This document shows, in pieces, positions 7,373 through 18,006 of a stretch of DNA of 63,887 bases; position 1 is the stretch's first letter; each line of letters begins with the position of its first letter. The position numbers were made by a program, and so were the translations under genes. The DNA is from an uncultured Erysipelotrichaceae bacterium. GTDB taxonomy: Bacteria > Bacillota_I > Bacilli_A > RFN20 > CAG-826. Below the pieces are notes generated by a model. That model ran no database searches. It was not told the origin of the DNA and saw nothing but the letters and a program-made list of their open reading frames with translations. Where the stretch lies: the NCBI GenBank assembly GCA_900317165.1, contig ONFU01000009.1, positions 1 to 63,887 of the forward strand, written 5' to 3'.

Positions 7373-8716
7373 ATGGCTAAATACACGAAATCGGACATTC
7401 TCAAAAAGGCTGAATCTGAGAAAGTCTCATATGTAAGACTACAATTCACAGATATATTCGGAACTATTAAGGCGGTTGAAATTTCCGTCTCTCAATTAAA
7501 GGATGCCTTGGATAATAAGATTATCTTTGATGGCAGCTCTGTCGAAGGCTTTGTCCGTATCAAAGAAGCCGACATGGTTCTTCATCCAGATGTAAACACC
7601 TGGCTTGTCCTTCCTTTTGAAGACGATACCTATGGTAAGGTCGCTAGACTTATCTGCGATGTCTACACAAGTTATGGGAAACCTTTCCAAGGGGATCCCC
7701 GTTATATCCTTAAAAAGCAGATCAAGGCCATGACGGATTTGGGATTCGCGGAACTTAACGTTGGTTTTGAACCCGAATTCTTCCTTTTCAAAATGGGCGA
7801 GGAAGGGCAAATCTCCACCAAGCCAGTTGACCATGGCTCCTATTTCGATTTATCTCCAATAGATGGGGCGGAATACGTTAGGCGTGACATTGCCTTGGAA
7901 CTCGAGAGGCTTGGATTCGAAATCCAAACCGTCCATCATGAAGTCGCCCCGGGACAAGAGGAAATCAATTTCCGCTTCTCCGGCGTCCTCGAGGCTTGCG
8001 ATAACGTCCAAACATTCAAGCAGGTTGTCAAATTCATCGCGAGGAAGCATGGATATAACGCTTCCTTCATGCCTAAGCCAATCGCTGGAATCAACGGATC
8101 TGGCATGCACACCAACTGCTCAATCAGGGATAAAGAAGGAAACAATATCTTCTATGATCCAAACGATCCAATGAAGCTTTCCAACATTTGCCGTAAATGG
8201 ATAAGCGGAATCCTTCGCCATTCCCGTGGATTCGCGGCCGTTACGAATCCGTGCGTCAATTCCTATAAGAGATTGATCCCAGGATACGAAGCCCCTTGCT
8301 ATATTTGCTGGAGCGACGCCAATCGTTCGGCGATGATTAGAATCCCAGCAAGCAGAGGAATGGGTACAAGGACCGAACTTCGTAATGTCGACGCGATGGC
8401 TAACCCCTATCTTGCCCTTGCGGTTATCCTCGCTTCCGGCCTTGATGGCATCAAGAATACCAAAGACGACGAGATTATCCCGCCCGTTTATGACAATATC
8501 TTCGCTTTGACCCGCGAACAAAGGGAATCTCTTGGAATTCTCAATATGCCCGAAAACCTAAAGGATGCCATGAAGGAATTCCGCAATGACAAACTCATGT
8601 ATCAAACCCTCGGAGAACATTGCTTCAACAAATATTGCGAAGCAAAGGACATCGAATGGGAAGAATACCGTTGTCTCATCAGTGAATGGGAACTTAAGAA
8701 GTACCTTCTAAAATAA
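7373..8716 (+). CDS. glnA: Glutamine synthetase, type I
   Basis: SD AGGAG. 447 aa. VSYVRLQFTDIFG, GFEPEFFLF, NGSGMHTN and the NPYLA region are all present. Confidence 0.95.
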   Translation: MAKYTKSDILKKAESEKVSYVRLQFTDIFGTIKAVEISVSQLKDALDNKIIFDGSSVEGFVRIKEADMVLHPDVNTWLVLPFEDDTYGKVARLICDVYTSYGKPFQGDPRYILKKQIKAMTDLGFAELNVGFEPEFFLFKMGEEGQISTKPVDHGSYFDLSPIDGAEYVRRDIALELERLGFEIQTVHHEVAPGQEEINFRFSGVLEACDNVQTFKQVVKFIARKHGYNASFMPKPIAGINGSGMHTNCSIRDKEGNNIFYDPNDPMKLSNICRKWISGILRHSRGFAAVTNPCVNSYKRLIPGYEAPCYICWSDANRSAMIRIPASRGMGTRTELRNVDAMANPYLALAVILASGLDGIKNTKDDEIIPPVYDNIFALTREQRESLGILNMPENLKDAMKEFRNDKLMYQTLGEHCFNKYCEAKDIEWEEYRCLISEWELKKYLLK

Positions 8717-8779
8717 TCTATTAAAAATCTTTTATTCCTCCTTTTAGGAAGTCCTTTTGGACCCTAAAATATTTTCGGT

Positions 8780-9955
8780 ATGAAAATAGGTATCATCGGA
8801 GGTAGCGCAGCCGGACTATATAGCGCGATATTCATTAAAAAAGCCTATCCCGATTTTTCCGTTACCCTAATTGAGAAAAACGATCGCCTTGGCAAAAAGC
8901 TTTCGACCACCGGCAACGGCCATTGCAACCTATTGAATAACAATCTTTCATCCTATTTCTATTTCGATAACCATCTTGTTGACAACATCCTTGATAAATA
9001 CCCATATTCATATTTGGAAAAATCTTTAAATAGCCTAGGCATTACATTATTTTCCAACGGTAATTTGGTTTATCCGCTTTCCTTCCACGCCCCTAGCTAT
9101 GTCGCCCATTTGCAGAAAATCGCCTGTTCGTTAGGAGTTGATATCCGCCTTTCCACCAAGGTTCAAGGCTATGAAGCGGGAGAGAAGATAACCATTGATT
9201 TCGGAGACAAAAAGGAAGATTTCGATAAGCTGATCATCGCTACAGGCGGATCTAGCCAAGGGAATTTAGGAAGCGATGGCTCCTTCTATGAAGAACTTAA
9301 GCGCCATGGCTATAAGATTAATGAATTACTTCCAGGTTTATGCCCAATCAAAACCAAGGAAAAGCTTAAATCCCTTTCTGGACTAAGACACCGCGCAGGA
9401 ATCCGCGTCTTCTCTTCGGGAAGACTCGTTTACGGAGAAACGGGGGAAATCCTTTTTAAAGACGATGGCCTATCTGGCATCGCCATCATGAACGCCTCTT
9501 CCTATATCGCTCACCTAAAGGATAGAAACAACGTTGAAATCCATGTTGATTTATTTCCTTCCTTTGAAGAGCTATCATTCAGGAACGCCCTTCTTTCCGC
9601 GTTTGAGAAAGAGCCAATCTTCTTCCTCGATGGCGTTTTGCAAAAACCATTGAAGGACTATGTCCTTTATTATTGCAAGCTAAACAAGAAGGCTAGGCTA
9701 GATATTCACGATATAATGACGCTTTCCCGCACATTGAAGCACCTCACCTTCCATTACGAGGCAAATTATCCCTTTGATTCCTCGCAGGTCACGATCGGTG
9801 GGCTTTCAATTGATGAAGTCGATTATCATCTCCTCTCCAAAAAAGAAAAGAACGTCTATTTCGTAGGAGAGGTCCTCGATGTCGATGGCATCTGCGGAGG
9901 TTACAACCTTTCCTTTGCCTTGATGTCCGCCTTGGAGGTAGCCTCCAACATATGA
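8780..9955 (+). CDS. HI0933/BaiN-like NAD(P)/FAD-dependent oxidoreductase
   Basis: MKIGIIGGSAAGLYSA dinucleotide-binding motif, TGNGHCNL and a C-terminal GEVLDVDGICGGYNL. Confidence 0.8.
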   Translation: MKIGIIGGSAAGLYSAIFIKKAYPDFSVTLIEKNDRLGKKLSTTGNGHCNLLNNNLSSYFYFDNHLVDNILDKYPYSYLEKSLNSLGITLFSNGNLVYPLSFHAPSYVAHLQKIACSLGVDIRLSTKVQGYEAGEKITIDFGDKKEDFDKLIIATGGSSQGNLGSDGSFYEELKRHGYKINELLPGLCPIKTKEKLKSLSGLRHRAGIRVFSSGRLVYGETGEILFKDDGLSGIAIMNASSYIAHLKDRNNVEIHVDLFPSFEELSFRNALLSAFEKEPIFFLDGVLQKPLKDYVLYYCKLNKKARLDIHDIMTLSRTLKHLTFHYEANYPFDSSQVTIGGLSIDEVDYHLLSKKEKNVYFVGEVLDVDGICGGYNLSFALMSALEVASNI

Positions 9956-11373
9956 TGTATTTGGTCGACAACATAAAATTGCCCTTGAACGTCGAAGAGA
10001 AGGATATAAAAAACGCGATAAGGGAAAAGCTTGGGCTCCACGCCCGTTCTTTCCGTTATGAGGTTTTAAGGAAAAAGGTCGAATACGAACCATTGCTGCA
10101 AAAAAGCCATCTTCTTTATACCTTCTCGGTAGAGACCAATGAATTCGTAAGGAACACCTCCATTTCCTTCCTTCCCGAGAAGGAAGAGGAGAAGAAGCGA
10201 AATTATCCTTATGCTTCTAGCCCGTATGTTATTTCTAGTGGTCTCCACGGGCTTTTGTTCACTTATTTTTTGGCTAAGCAAGGGCTTAACCCCGTCCTTC
10301 TTTGCGATGAAGGGGATCTATGCCATCGCCTAAGGATGCAGGGAGGTTATATTTATTTCCCTTCGCCGATAATCGATAGCAAAATTGAGGACATGTATCG
10401 CTTATTGTTGGGGAATAAGGTCCCTTTGCCTGGCGCGGTTGCTTTCCTTTCCCCAACGGAATTAAGCGCCTTGATTGATAGATTCATTTCCCTTATAGAA
10501 GAAAAAGGCGGGAAGATCATCTATAACGCCAAGCCGGTTTTTGCTTCCAATATCCTTGGAAGGTTCCGTAAATTGATTTATCAAGTAGGTGACGAACAGC
10601 GCGAGGCCAAAATGCGTCATATCATCATGATGGATCAAGGCAAGAACGCTTCCTTCTATTCGAACATGAAAGCGAAAAAGACCAAAAGCGATTGCCGCTT
10701 ACGCCTTGTAATCGAATCGCGGAAAAAAGACGCAGATCATCTTTTCTTTGATAATAATCTTTCTTTGCCCATGCCTTTGTTTTTCTATTCCAAGAAATCG
10801 AAAAACGATATCAATGTCTCATTTATTTTCCCGTTTGGAGATATCGGCATCAACAACATGTCTAATGGGGCTCTTCTTGATCCTGAAATCTGCTTTGTTC
10901 CTTCAAAAAAGAAGGGAAATACGACCACTTTGGTGGAAATCTCGATTGGCCCAAACCTAGATGCCTATCGTTATACGATTTCATCTGCGAAAAGGGAGAA
11001 TCTCCCCCTTGCGTTGCCCTGTCAAAAGCTTGATGACTTCCTTTTGAAGAAAGAGACCTTCCATTTAGGTGTTGTAAAAAGCCTTTATCCAAACGGAATC
11101 TATTTGGAGAACCTCAATAAGATTTTGGGAGACGCCGCTTCCCTTGCCTTAAGGAACGCTTTGGCGTCTTTGAAGAAGGACTACCCATATTTCGGAAAGG
11201 ACGCAATCCTTACAGGAGTTTGGGGAAGGAGATTGCCGGGGGAAGCCATATTCCCCAAAAACCTCGAAGGCTTTGTCCGCGCCTATTGGTATTCCGATGG
11301 CGAAGAGGCCGATTTGGTGGGTATCGCCAATTACGCTTACGGACGTTTCGCTGATTTCTTGAAAAACCTTTAG
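9952..11373 (+). CDS. COG2509-like 'FAD-dependent protein' paralogue with degenerate dinucleotide-binding motif
   Basis: ATGA overlap with the upstream gene. The N-terminus LVDNIKLPLNVEEKDIKNAIREKLG is typical of the family, but the expected GxGxxG is replaced by ISSGLHGLL. Confidence 0.6.
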   Translation: MMYLVDNIKLPLNVEEKDIKNAIREKLGLHARSFRYEVLRKKVEYEPLLQKSHLLYTFSVETNEFVRNTSISFLPEKEEEKKRNYPYASSPYVISSGLHGLLFTYFLAKQGLNPVLLCDEGDLCHRLRMQGGYIYFPSPIIDSKIEDMYRLLLGNKVPLPGAVAFLSPTELSALIDRFISLIEEKGGKIIYNAKPVFASNILGRFRKLIYQVGDEQREAKMRHIIMMDQGKNASFYSNMKAKKTKSDCRLRLVIESRKKDADHLFFDNNLSLPMPLFFYSKKSKNDINVSFIFPFGDIGINNMSNGALLDPEICFVPSKKKGNTTTLVEISIGPNLDAYRYTISSAKRENLPLALPCQKLDDFLLKKETFHLGVVKSLYPNGIYLENLNKILGDAASLALRNALASLKKDYPYFGKDAILTGVWGRRLPGEAIFPKNLEGFVRAYWYSDGEEADLVGIANYAYGRFADFLKNL

Positions 11374-11525
11374 TTCAATAAATAGAAGGGACGTGTATTC
11401 GTTTTTGATATTTTTATCCTTCTAAGATTCAATATTCGTTGACTTTTCTATCTTTGATAGACTTTAATTATCAAGCCGCGCGCCGAGCAACAGTTTTCTC
11501 GATGCGCCTGTAGCGAGGTATTTTT

Positions 11526-12479
11526 ATGAGATATTCTTCCACCCCACGTATGTTGAATTTGGTCATCTTCGCCGCCTTGGCAGTTGGCTTTGGATTCCTC
11601 GGCGTCTATTTCGGATTCTTGGTCACCCCATTCCTTTGGAGCGGGATGCACACCACCCCAATCGCGGTCCCCGAGATCTCCGTCGCTCTTTCCGTTATGC
11701 TCGGCTCTCTTGGCATTTCCGGATTGATCATCGCCATCTTCGGACTTTTCAATTCCATCAAGTCCCTTCTTAAGAAAGACGATGTCTACGTCCTCAATTC
11801 CTTCAACTGCTATTTCGCTCTCGGATACCTCCTCGTTGCTGGACTCTTCCTCAACGCGACCTGGCTTATCCGCCTTACCACCACGAACTTCAACCCGAAC
11901 ATCGCCGTCTGGTTCGTCATCATCGTCTATATCGTCGCGATGATCGCCATCATGATTGGCACCAACGTCCCTCTTGTTAGGATTTATAACGAAGACGAAT
12001 CTGGAAAATCCATCGGTGACGTTCTCCTCCGCGCTTCCTTTGCCGGCGGACTTGGCGTTGCGATTGTCTTCCTCGTTTCCCTTCTTATCACCGCGATCGG
12101 TGGCGAAGCCGGCGCTGGAAAGAATGTCATCTCCGTCAAATTCGCCGTCTATGGCATCATCCCATTAATCGGTGCCATCCTTGCTTTGGTTGGTAGATTC
12201 CTCGCCAAGAAAGAAAGCGAATCCAAACTCTCCGCCGGACTTCTTTATGGCTCCCTTGGTGTTTATGGCATTGCCATGATGGTCTGCGGCATCTTCTCCA
12301 TTATCTATAATGGCGAAAAGGACAAGTTCTCCTTGATGACCCAAACCCCATATGGCCATTGGAACAACTGGCTTGATACCACCGTCCTCTCCTTCATCTT
12401 CGGTGGCTTGGTCCTAATCGGAGGCATCGTCCTCGTCGTCGTTACCTTCCTTCCGAAAAAGGAAAAGGCCAAAAGATAA
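11526..12479 (+). CDS. Polytopic membrane protein (about 8 TM), unknown function
   Basis: 317-aa ORF with GAGG SD, long hydrophobic segments and a C-terminal KKEKAKR tail. Confidence 0.7.
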   Translation: MRYSSTPRMLNLVIFAALAVGFGFLGVYFGFLVTPFLWSGMHTTPIAVPEISVALSVMLGSLGISGLIIAIFGLFNSIKSLLKKDDVYVLNSFNCYFALGYLLVAGLFLNATWLIRLTTTNFNPNIAVWFVIIVYIVAMIAIMIGTNVPLVRIYNEDESGKSIGDVLLRASFAGGLGVAIVFLVSLLITAIGGEAGAGKNVISVKFAVYGIIPLIGAILALVGRFLAKKESESKLSAGLLYGSLGVYGIAMMVCGIFSIIYNGEKDKFSLMTQTPYGHWNNWLDTTVLSFIFGGLVLIGGIVLVVVTFLPKKEKAKR

Positions 12480-12494
12480 AATATCCTAACTAAT

Positions 12495-12519
12495 AAAAAT
12501 GGGGCGCGACCCCATTTTT
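12495..12519. terminator. Bidirectional intrinsic terminator
   Basis: AAAAATGGGG-CGCGA-CCCCATTTTT between convergent genes; overlaps the stop of the minus-strand gene. Confidence 0.75.
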
Positions 12520-13024
12520 ATTTGTCTCCTTGGCTATCCTTATATTCCTGAGATACGAATTTCTGCGTGACGGTTATCACTTCGTCATAGAGAGAGATAA
12601 TCTCCTCATTTGGTTTTTCGAAGTCGTTCCACATCTTCCTTAAGGCGTATTCAGGGACGATGCGGTTAGGTTCCCTCATCTTGTTTTGGAATAAGCAAAT
12701 CTCCAAAGGTATATCGAAAACCACGAGGATACGCCTATCGAATTCGGGGGTATTCGTCGCGTAAAGCTTACGGAATTTATTGTTGATCATCGTCGCGTCG
12801 GCGATGACGGTCGACCCATCTTCCTTACCATATTCATGGATTCTATCCATAAAGGCTTTCCAAACCTCATCCTCATGATCGAAATTGTTGGGTTTTCCGC
12901 CGAATTCTATACGTAAATCATCAGAGGAAACGATGCGGGTACCGGGATGCTCGCTCACATAACGTTTGGCCCATGTTGATTTACCAGAACCTGGGATTGC
13001 AGAAAGAAGGATGAAGGTCTTCAT
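12518..13024 (-). CDS. Stand-alone P-loop kinase, T4 Pnk-like (paralogue of 5700-6188)
   Basis: MKTFILLSAIPGSGKSTWAKRYV, SSDDLR, ADATMINNKFRK and VPEYALRKMW. Confidence 0.7.
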   Translation of the reverse strand: MKTFILLSAIPGSGKSTWAKRYVSEHPGTRIVSSDDLRIEFGGKPNNFDHEDEVWKAFMDRIHEYGKEDGSTVIADATMINNKFRKLYATNTPEFDRRILVVFDIPLEICLFQNKMREPNRIVPEYALRKMWNDFEKPNEEIISLYDEVITVTQKFVSQEYKDSQGDK

Positions 13025-13169
13025 ATAATTAATCCTAAAGGAGTTAAACTCCTTTTGCCATCTTTTTTATGGGAAAGCAACAGGTTGATTTTGCAAAAAG
13101 GGGAATAAAAATAAACAGTTAATGTATGAATATTTAACAAGAAGATAGATTTTTTGATAAAATCAAAGC

Positions 13170-13760
13170 ATGCAGGAAATATGGATCAAGACAAAACGAT
13201 TCGTCATTGAGGATACAAAGGCCGTTCATCCAGATCATTCCACCTATACATGTTCTTGGAGCAATCGCCCTTATTTGATTCGCACTTTCAATGACGCGGA
13301 ATCCTACCAACAGGCAATCGCGGATTACAAAGTCCTCAAGAGGGCCGGCATCAACATGGCGAAGGTTTGCTTCCACGATGATACCCAACACGTCATCGTC
13401 TTCGATTTGTTTCCTGAGGACGATTGCCTTACCGATTTATCCAAAGGCCCGTTATCGGATTTGCATTTCCAATCCCTTTTCGCCTTGTATCGTTTCGCGA
13501 GGTTTGCCAAAGTGTCTTTGGACTGGGAACCCCAAAACTTTATGCTTAGGGGAACCCAAATGTTCTACCTCCCTACCAAATGGTCCCCAATGAAACAAGA
13601 TGATCGATTTGAGACCAGCGTCGCTTATCGCACATGGTTCTTAGGTAAGGAAGGAATAGGCCTTTTAAAGAAAAAAGGCTATGACGTCTCCGCGTTAAAG
13701 ATGATGTCGGAACCGGAGGTCAACAAGGCTTTGACCCTCATGGCCGTTCGTTATTGGTAA
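13170..13760 (+). CDS. Hypothetical protein, possibly a minimal protein-kinase-like fold
   Basis: 196-aa ORF. LDWEPQNFML resembles the D-x-x-P-x-N catalytic loop of APH/Kdo-type kinases, but no clear metal-binding Asp follows. Weak call. Confidence 0.5.
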   Translation: MQEIWIKTKRFVIEDTKAVHPDHSTYTCSWSNRPYLIRTFNDAESYQQAIADYKVLKRAGINMAKVCFHDDTQHVIVFDLFPEDDCLTDLSKGPLSDLHFQSLFALYRFARFAKVSLDWEPQNFMLRGTQMFYLPTKWSPMKQDDRFETSVAYRTWFLGKEGIGLLKKKGYDVSALKMMSEPEVNKALTLMAVRYW

Positions 13761-14927
<1,167 letters not shown>

Positions 14928-14928
14928 A

Positions 14929-15987
14929 ATGGATATTAACCTATTTGATTTCCCTCTTCCTGAGGAACGAATTGCCCAAACCCCCTTGAAAGACCGCGAC
15001 CAATGCAAATTGATGGTCATCGATAGGGAACATAAAACCTTTGAGCATCGCCTATTCAAGGATATCGTCGAATACCTAAAACCAGGGGATGTCCTTATTA
15101 GAAATAATACAAAGGTTATCCCCGCGCGCCTTATTGGTATAAAGGAACAGACCAAAGGCCACGTTGAGGTTTTGCTTTTAAAACAACTTAATGGCGATGT
15201 TTGGGAGTGCCTTTTGGGCAACGCCCGTTCCGTACACGTTGGTTCAAGTGTTTCCTTTGGCGATGGAAGGCTTCGCGCCGTCTGCGTCAAAGAGCTAAAT
15301 GAAGGCATACGTCATATGGAATTCATCTATGAAGGAATCTTTTTGGAGGTCCTTGATTCCCTTGGCGAAATGCCCTTGCCTCCATATATCAAAAAGAAGA
15401 TTTCCGATAAGGACGATTACCAAACGGTCTACGCGAAAATACCGGGTTCGGCCGCCGCGCCGACCGCGGGCTTCCATTTCACCGACGCCCTTTTCGAGAA
15501 GATCAAATCCATGGGGGTCGAGGTTATCGACGTTACCTTGAATATTGGACTAGGGACTTTCCGTCCGGTTAAGGTAAGCGACACCAAAGACCACGTAATG
15601 CATTCCGAATTCTATTCCATCGATGAGGAAGCGGCCTTTAAGCTCAACAAAGCCAAAAAAGAGGGCAGGCGTCTCATCGCTATCGGAACGACTTCGGTCA
15701 GAACGCTAGAAAGCAACTTTGCCAAATACGGGGAATTCAAGGCTACAAGCGAAGATACGGCTATCTTCATTTCCCCAGGTTACCATTATCAGGCGGTCGA
15801 TGCCCTCATCACCAATTTCCATTTACCAAAATCGACTTTGGTGATGCTCGTTTCCGCCTTCATGGGACGCAATTTCGCTTTGTCTTGCTACCAAGAAGCC
15901 ATCAAGGAGGACTATCGTTTCTTCTCCTTCGGGGATGCGATGTTCATTTATGGAAGATTTGATTACGATAAGGCAATGGATGATTGA
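14929..15987 (+). CDS. queA: S-adenosylmethionine:tRNA ribosyltransferase-isomerase
   Basis: LFDFPLPEERIAQTPL..., PLPPYIKK, AAPTAGFHFT and the GTTSVRTLE motifs. Confidence 0.95.
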   Translation: MDINLFDFPLPEERIAQTPLKDRDQCKLMVIDREHKTFEHRLFKDIVEYLKPGDVLIRNNTKVIPARLIGIKEQTKGHVEVLLLKQLNGDVWECLLGNARSVHVGSSVSFGDGRLRAVCVKELNEGIRHMEFIYEGIFLEVLDSLGEMPLPPYIKKKISDKDDYQTVYAKIPGSAAAPTAGFHFTDALFEKIKSMGVEVIDVTLNIGLGTFRPVKVSDTKDHVMHSEFYSIDEEAAFKLNKAKKEGRRLIAIGTTSVRTLESNFAKYGEFKATSEDTAIFISPGYHYQAVDALITNFHLPKSTLVMLVSAFMGRNFALSCYQEAIKEDYRFFSFGDAMFIYGRFDYDKAMDD

Positions 15988-16654
15988 TGTCCTCTCTTCC
16001 CCAAAGAAGAACTACGACCTTCTCGCTTTGGAGGAAATAGAAAGGATAAAGGAAGCGGGCACGCGCCCGAGTCTATTGATGCACGTTTGCTGCGGGCCTT
16101 GCTCTTGCTACCCCCTTACGATGCTTTGCCCCGTTTTCGATCTCACCCTTTATTACAACAATTCCAACATCTATCCCCGCGAGGAATTCGATAGAAGGTT
16201 GGAGGAGCTTAAGAAACTCATCGTCGACGTCAAAGCCGATTATGGTTTCGACGTCAAATTGGTGGAAGCCCCATATGATGAAACATACGAGGCCTTCCTC
16301 GCCCAATACGCGAACGAGAAGGAAGGCGGGCCTAGATGCAAGCTTTGCTATGAAAGGCGCATGGGCGAAGCCTACGATTACGCGGAAGCCCATAATTATG
16401 ATTATTTCTGCACGGTCATGACCGTATCTAGGCAAAAATCATCCCTTATCCTTAACGCGGTTGGGAAACAGTTGGAGGAGAAGGGCCACAAGACCAAATA
16501 TTTCTATTCCGACTTCAAAAAGCGCGATGGCCTATTGAAGGGCAAAGCCATCAGGGAAAAGTATGGCCTTTACAATCAGGATTACTGCGGTTGCATCTTC
16601 TCATTCAAGGAAAGGCAAGCGAAGAAAGCGCTTTCAGCTAAGAAGAGTCAATGA
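15980..16654 (+). CDS. queH: Epoxyqueuosine reductase QueH (DUF208)
   Basis: LLMHVCCGPCSCYPL and CKLCYERR cysteine motifs. ATG at 15980 overlaps the queA stop; the start could instead be 15935 or 15950. Confidence 0.85.
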   Translation: MIDVLSSPKKNYDLLALEEIERIKEAGTRPSLLMHVCCGPCSCYPLTMLCPVFDLTLYYNNSNIYPREEFDRRLEELKKLIVDVKADYGFDVKLVEAPYDETYEAFLAQYANEKEGGPRCKLCYERRMGEAYDYAEAHNYDYFCTVMTVSRQKSSLILNAVGKQLEEKGHKTKYFYSDFKKRDGLLKGKAIREKYGLYNQDYCGCIFSFKERQAKKALSAKKSQ

Positions 16655-16716
16655 AAAACAAAAATTGACCCCATCATTTCGTTAAAGTTTGTGCACGGTG
16701 CACAATAAAGTTATAA

Positions 16717-16750
16717 CGCGAGGATTATGCCGATGGCCTCGCGCTTTTTT
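16717..16750 (+). terminator. Intrinsic terminator after queH
   Basis: CGCGAGG (16717-16723) pairs with CCTCGCG (16737-16743), followed by CTTTTTT. Confidence 0.75.
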
Positions 16751-16814
16751 CTTTTTGGGTTTTTAAAAATGCCAGAAAAAGCCCGCTATTTATGAAATAA
16801 AGGCAAAAAAAGTC

Positions 16815-16843
16815 TTGCCAATGCTCACGTAGGCGCGTAGTCT
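16815..16843 (+). promoter_or_regulatory. Candidate promoter of the S10 operon
   Basis: TTGCCA (16815-16820), 17-nt spacer, TAGTCT (16838-16843), preceded by an A-rich tract. Confidence 0.45.
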
Positions 16844-16868
16844 TATGCACGCTGGCGCCAGCGATGAA

Positions 16869-16929
16869 TAGCGAGGTTGCCGACACACCAACAGGCGTTG
16901 TCATGAACAGGGTGTCGGGGAATTCGCTA
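16869..16929 (+). promoter_or_regulatory. Structured 5' leader hairpin upstream of rpsJ (possible autoregulatory element)
   Basis: Outer stem TAGCGA (16869-16874) pairs with TCGCTA (16924-16929). Inner stem CCGACAC (16880-16886) pairs with GTGTCGG (16912-16918). Confidence 0.4.
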
Positions 16930-16975
16930 AGAGCAAGCGTCGGAAGCCTGAAAAAATCATTTAGGAGGAACATTC

Positions 16976-17287
16976 ATGGCAAAGACTGACAAAGTCCGTG
17001 TTCGCTTAATGGCCTATGACCACAAGATCCTCGACCTCAGCATCGAGAAGATCCTAACCTTGGCCAACGCGACCGGCGCCTCGGTTAAGGGACCTATCCC
17101 CTTACCGACCGAAAAGCAGGTCTACACGATTCTCCGCGCTACCTTCAAATATAAGGATAGCCGTGAGCAATTCGAGATCCGCACCCACAAGAGATTGCTT
17201 TATCTCTGTAACCCGTCGAAAGAGACCTTGGATCAGTTGAGGAGACTCGACCTTCCAACTGGAGTCGATATCGACATCAAGTTATAA
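16976..17287 (+). CDS. rpsJ: 30S ribosomal protein S10
   Basis: [23 protein letters not shown]...GPIPLPT. First gene of the conserved S10 operon. Confidence 0.97.
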   Translation: MAKTDKVRVRLMAYDHKILDLSIEKILTLANATGASVKGPIPLPTEKQVYTILRATFKYKDSREQFEIRTHKRLLYLCNPSKETLDQLRRLDLPTGVDIDIKL

Positions 17288-17301
17288 GGAGGACCAACAT
17301 C

Positions 17302-18003
17302 ATGAAATCACTTATTGGAAGAAAGATTGGCATGACCGAGGTCTTCGCCGCCGACGGCACGATGTACCCCGTCACCGTCGTCGAGGTTCTCCCAAACGTC
17401 GTTCTCGGAAAGAAGACGCTTGAGAAAGATGGCTATGAAGCCCTTGTCGTCGGATATGAAGACAAGGCCGAGAGGAAAGCGAGCAAATCCGAGAAGGGAA
17501 TGCTCAAGGCCTCCGGAAGCACCCCGAAGTCCGTCGTCCTTGAACTCAAAGGCGATGAGATCTACGGAAAGGCCCTTGGAGAATCCTTCGGCGCTGAGCT
17601 CTTCGCTAACGGAGAGGTCATCGACGTCATCGGACACAACAAAGGCCACGGCTACTCCGGTACCATCAAGAAGTACCACCACTCAATCGGCCCGAAAGGC
17701 CACGGCTCCGGCTACCACCGCGGAATCGGCTCCCTTGCTAACAATGGACGTGACAACAACCGCGTCATCCCAGGCAAGAAGATGTCCGGCCACTGGGGCC
17801 CCGAGCAAGTCACCGTGCAGAACCTCACGGTCGTCGAGAGCAACTCCGAGAAAGGTTACATCCTCGTCAAGGGTGGCCTCCCCGGACCAAAGAAAGCCAT
17901 CGTTGTGCTTCGCTCCCCCGTCCGTAAGCAGTTCGCGAAACCGGTCGTGAAGGAAATCCTCGACCTCTCCGCCAAGGAAGAAGCCGAGAAGAAAGGAGAA
18001 TAA
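17302..18003 (+). CDS. rplC: 50S ribosomal protein L3
   Basis: MKSLIGRKIGMTEVF... and operon order. Confidence 0.97.
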   Translation: MKSLIGRKIGMTEVFAADGTMYPVTVVEVLPNVVLGKKTLEKDGYEALVVGYEDKAERKASKSEKGMLKASGSTPKSVVLELKGDEIYGKALGESFGAELFANGEVIDVIGHNKGHGYSGTIKKYHHSIGPKGHGSGYHRGIGSLANNGRDNNRVIPGKKMSGHWGPEQVTVQNLTVVESNSEKGYILVKGGLPGPKKAIVVLRSPVRKQFAKPVVKEILDLSAKEEAEKKGE

Positions 18004-18006
18004 CCC

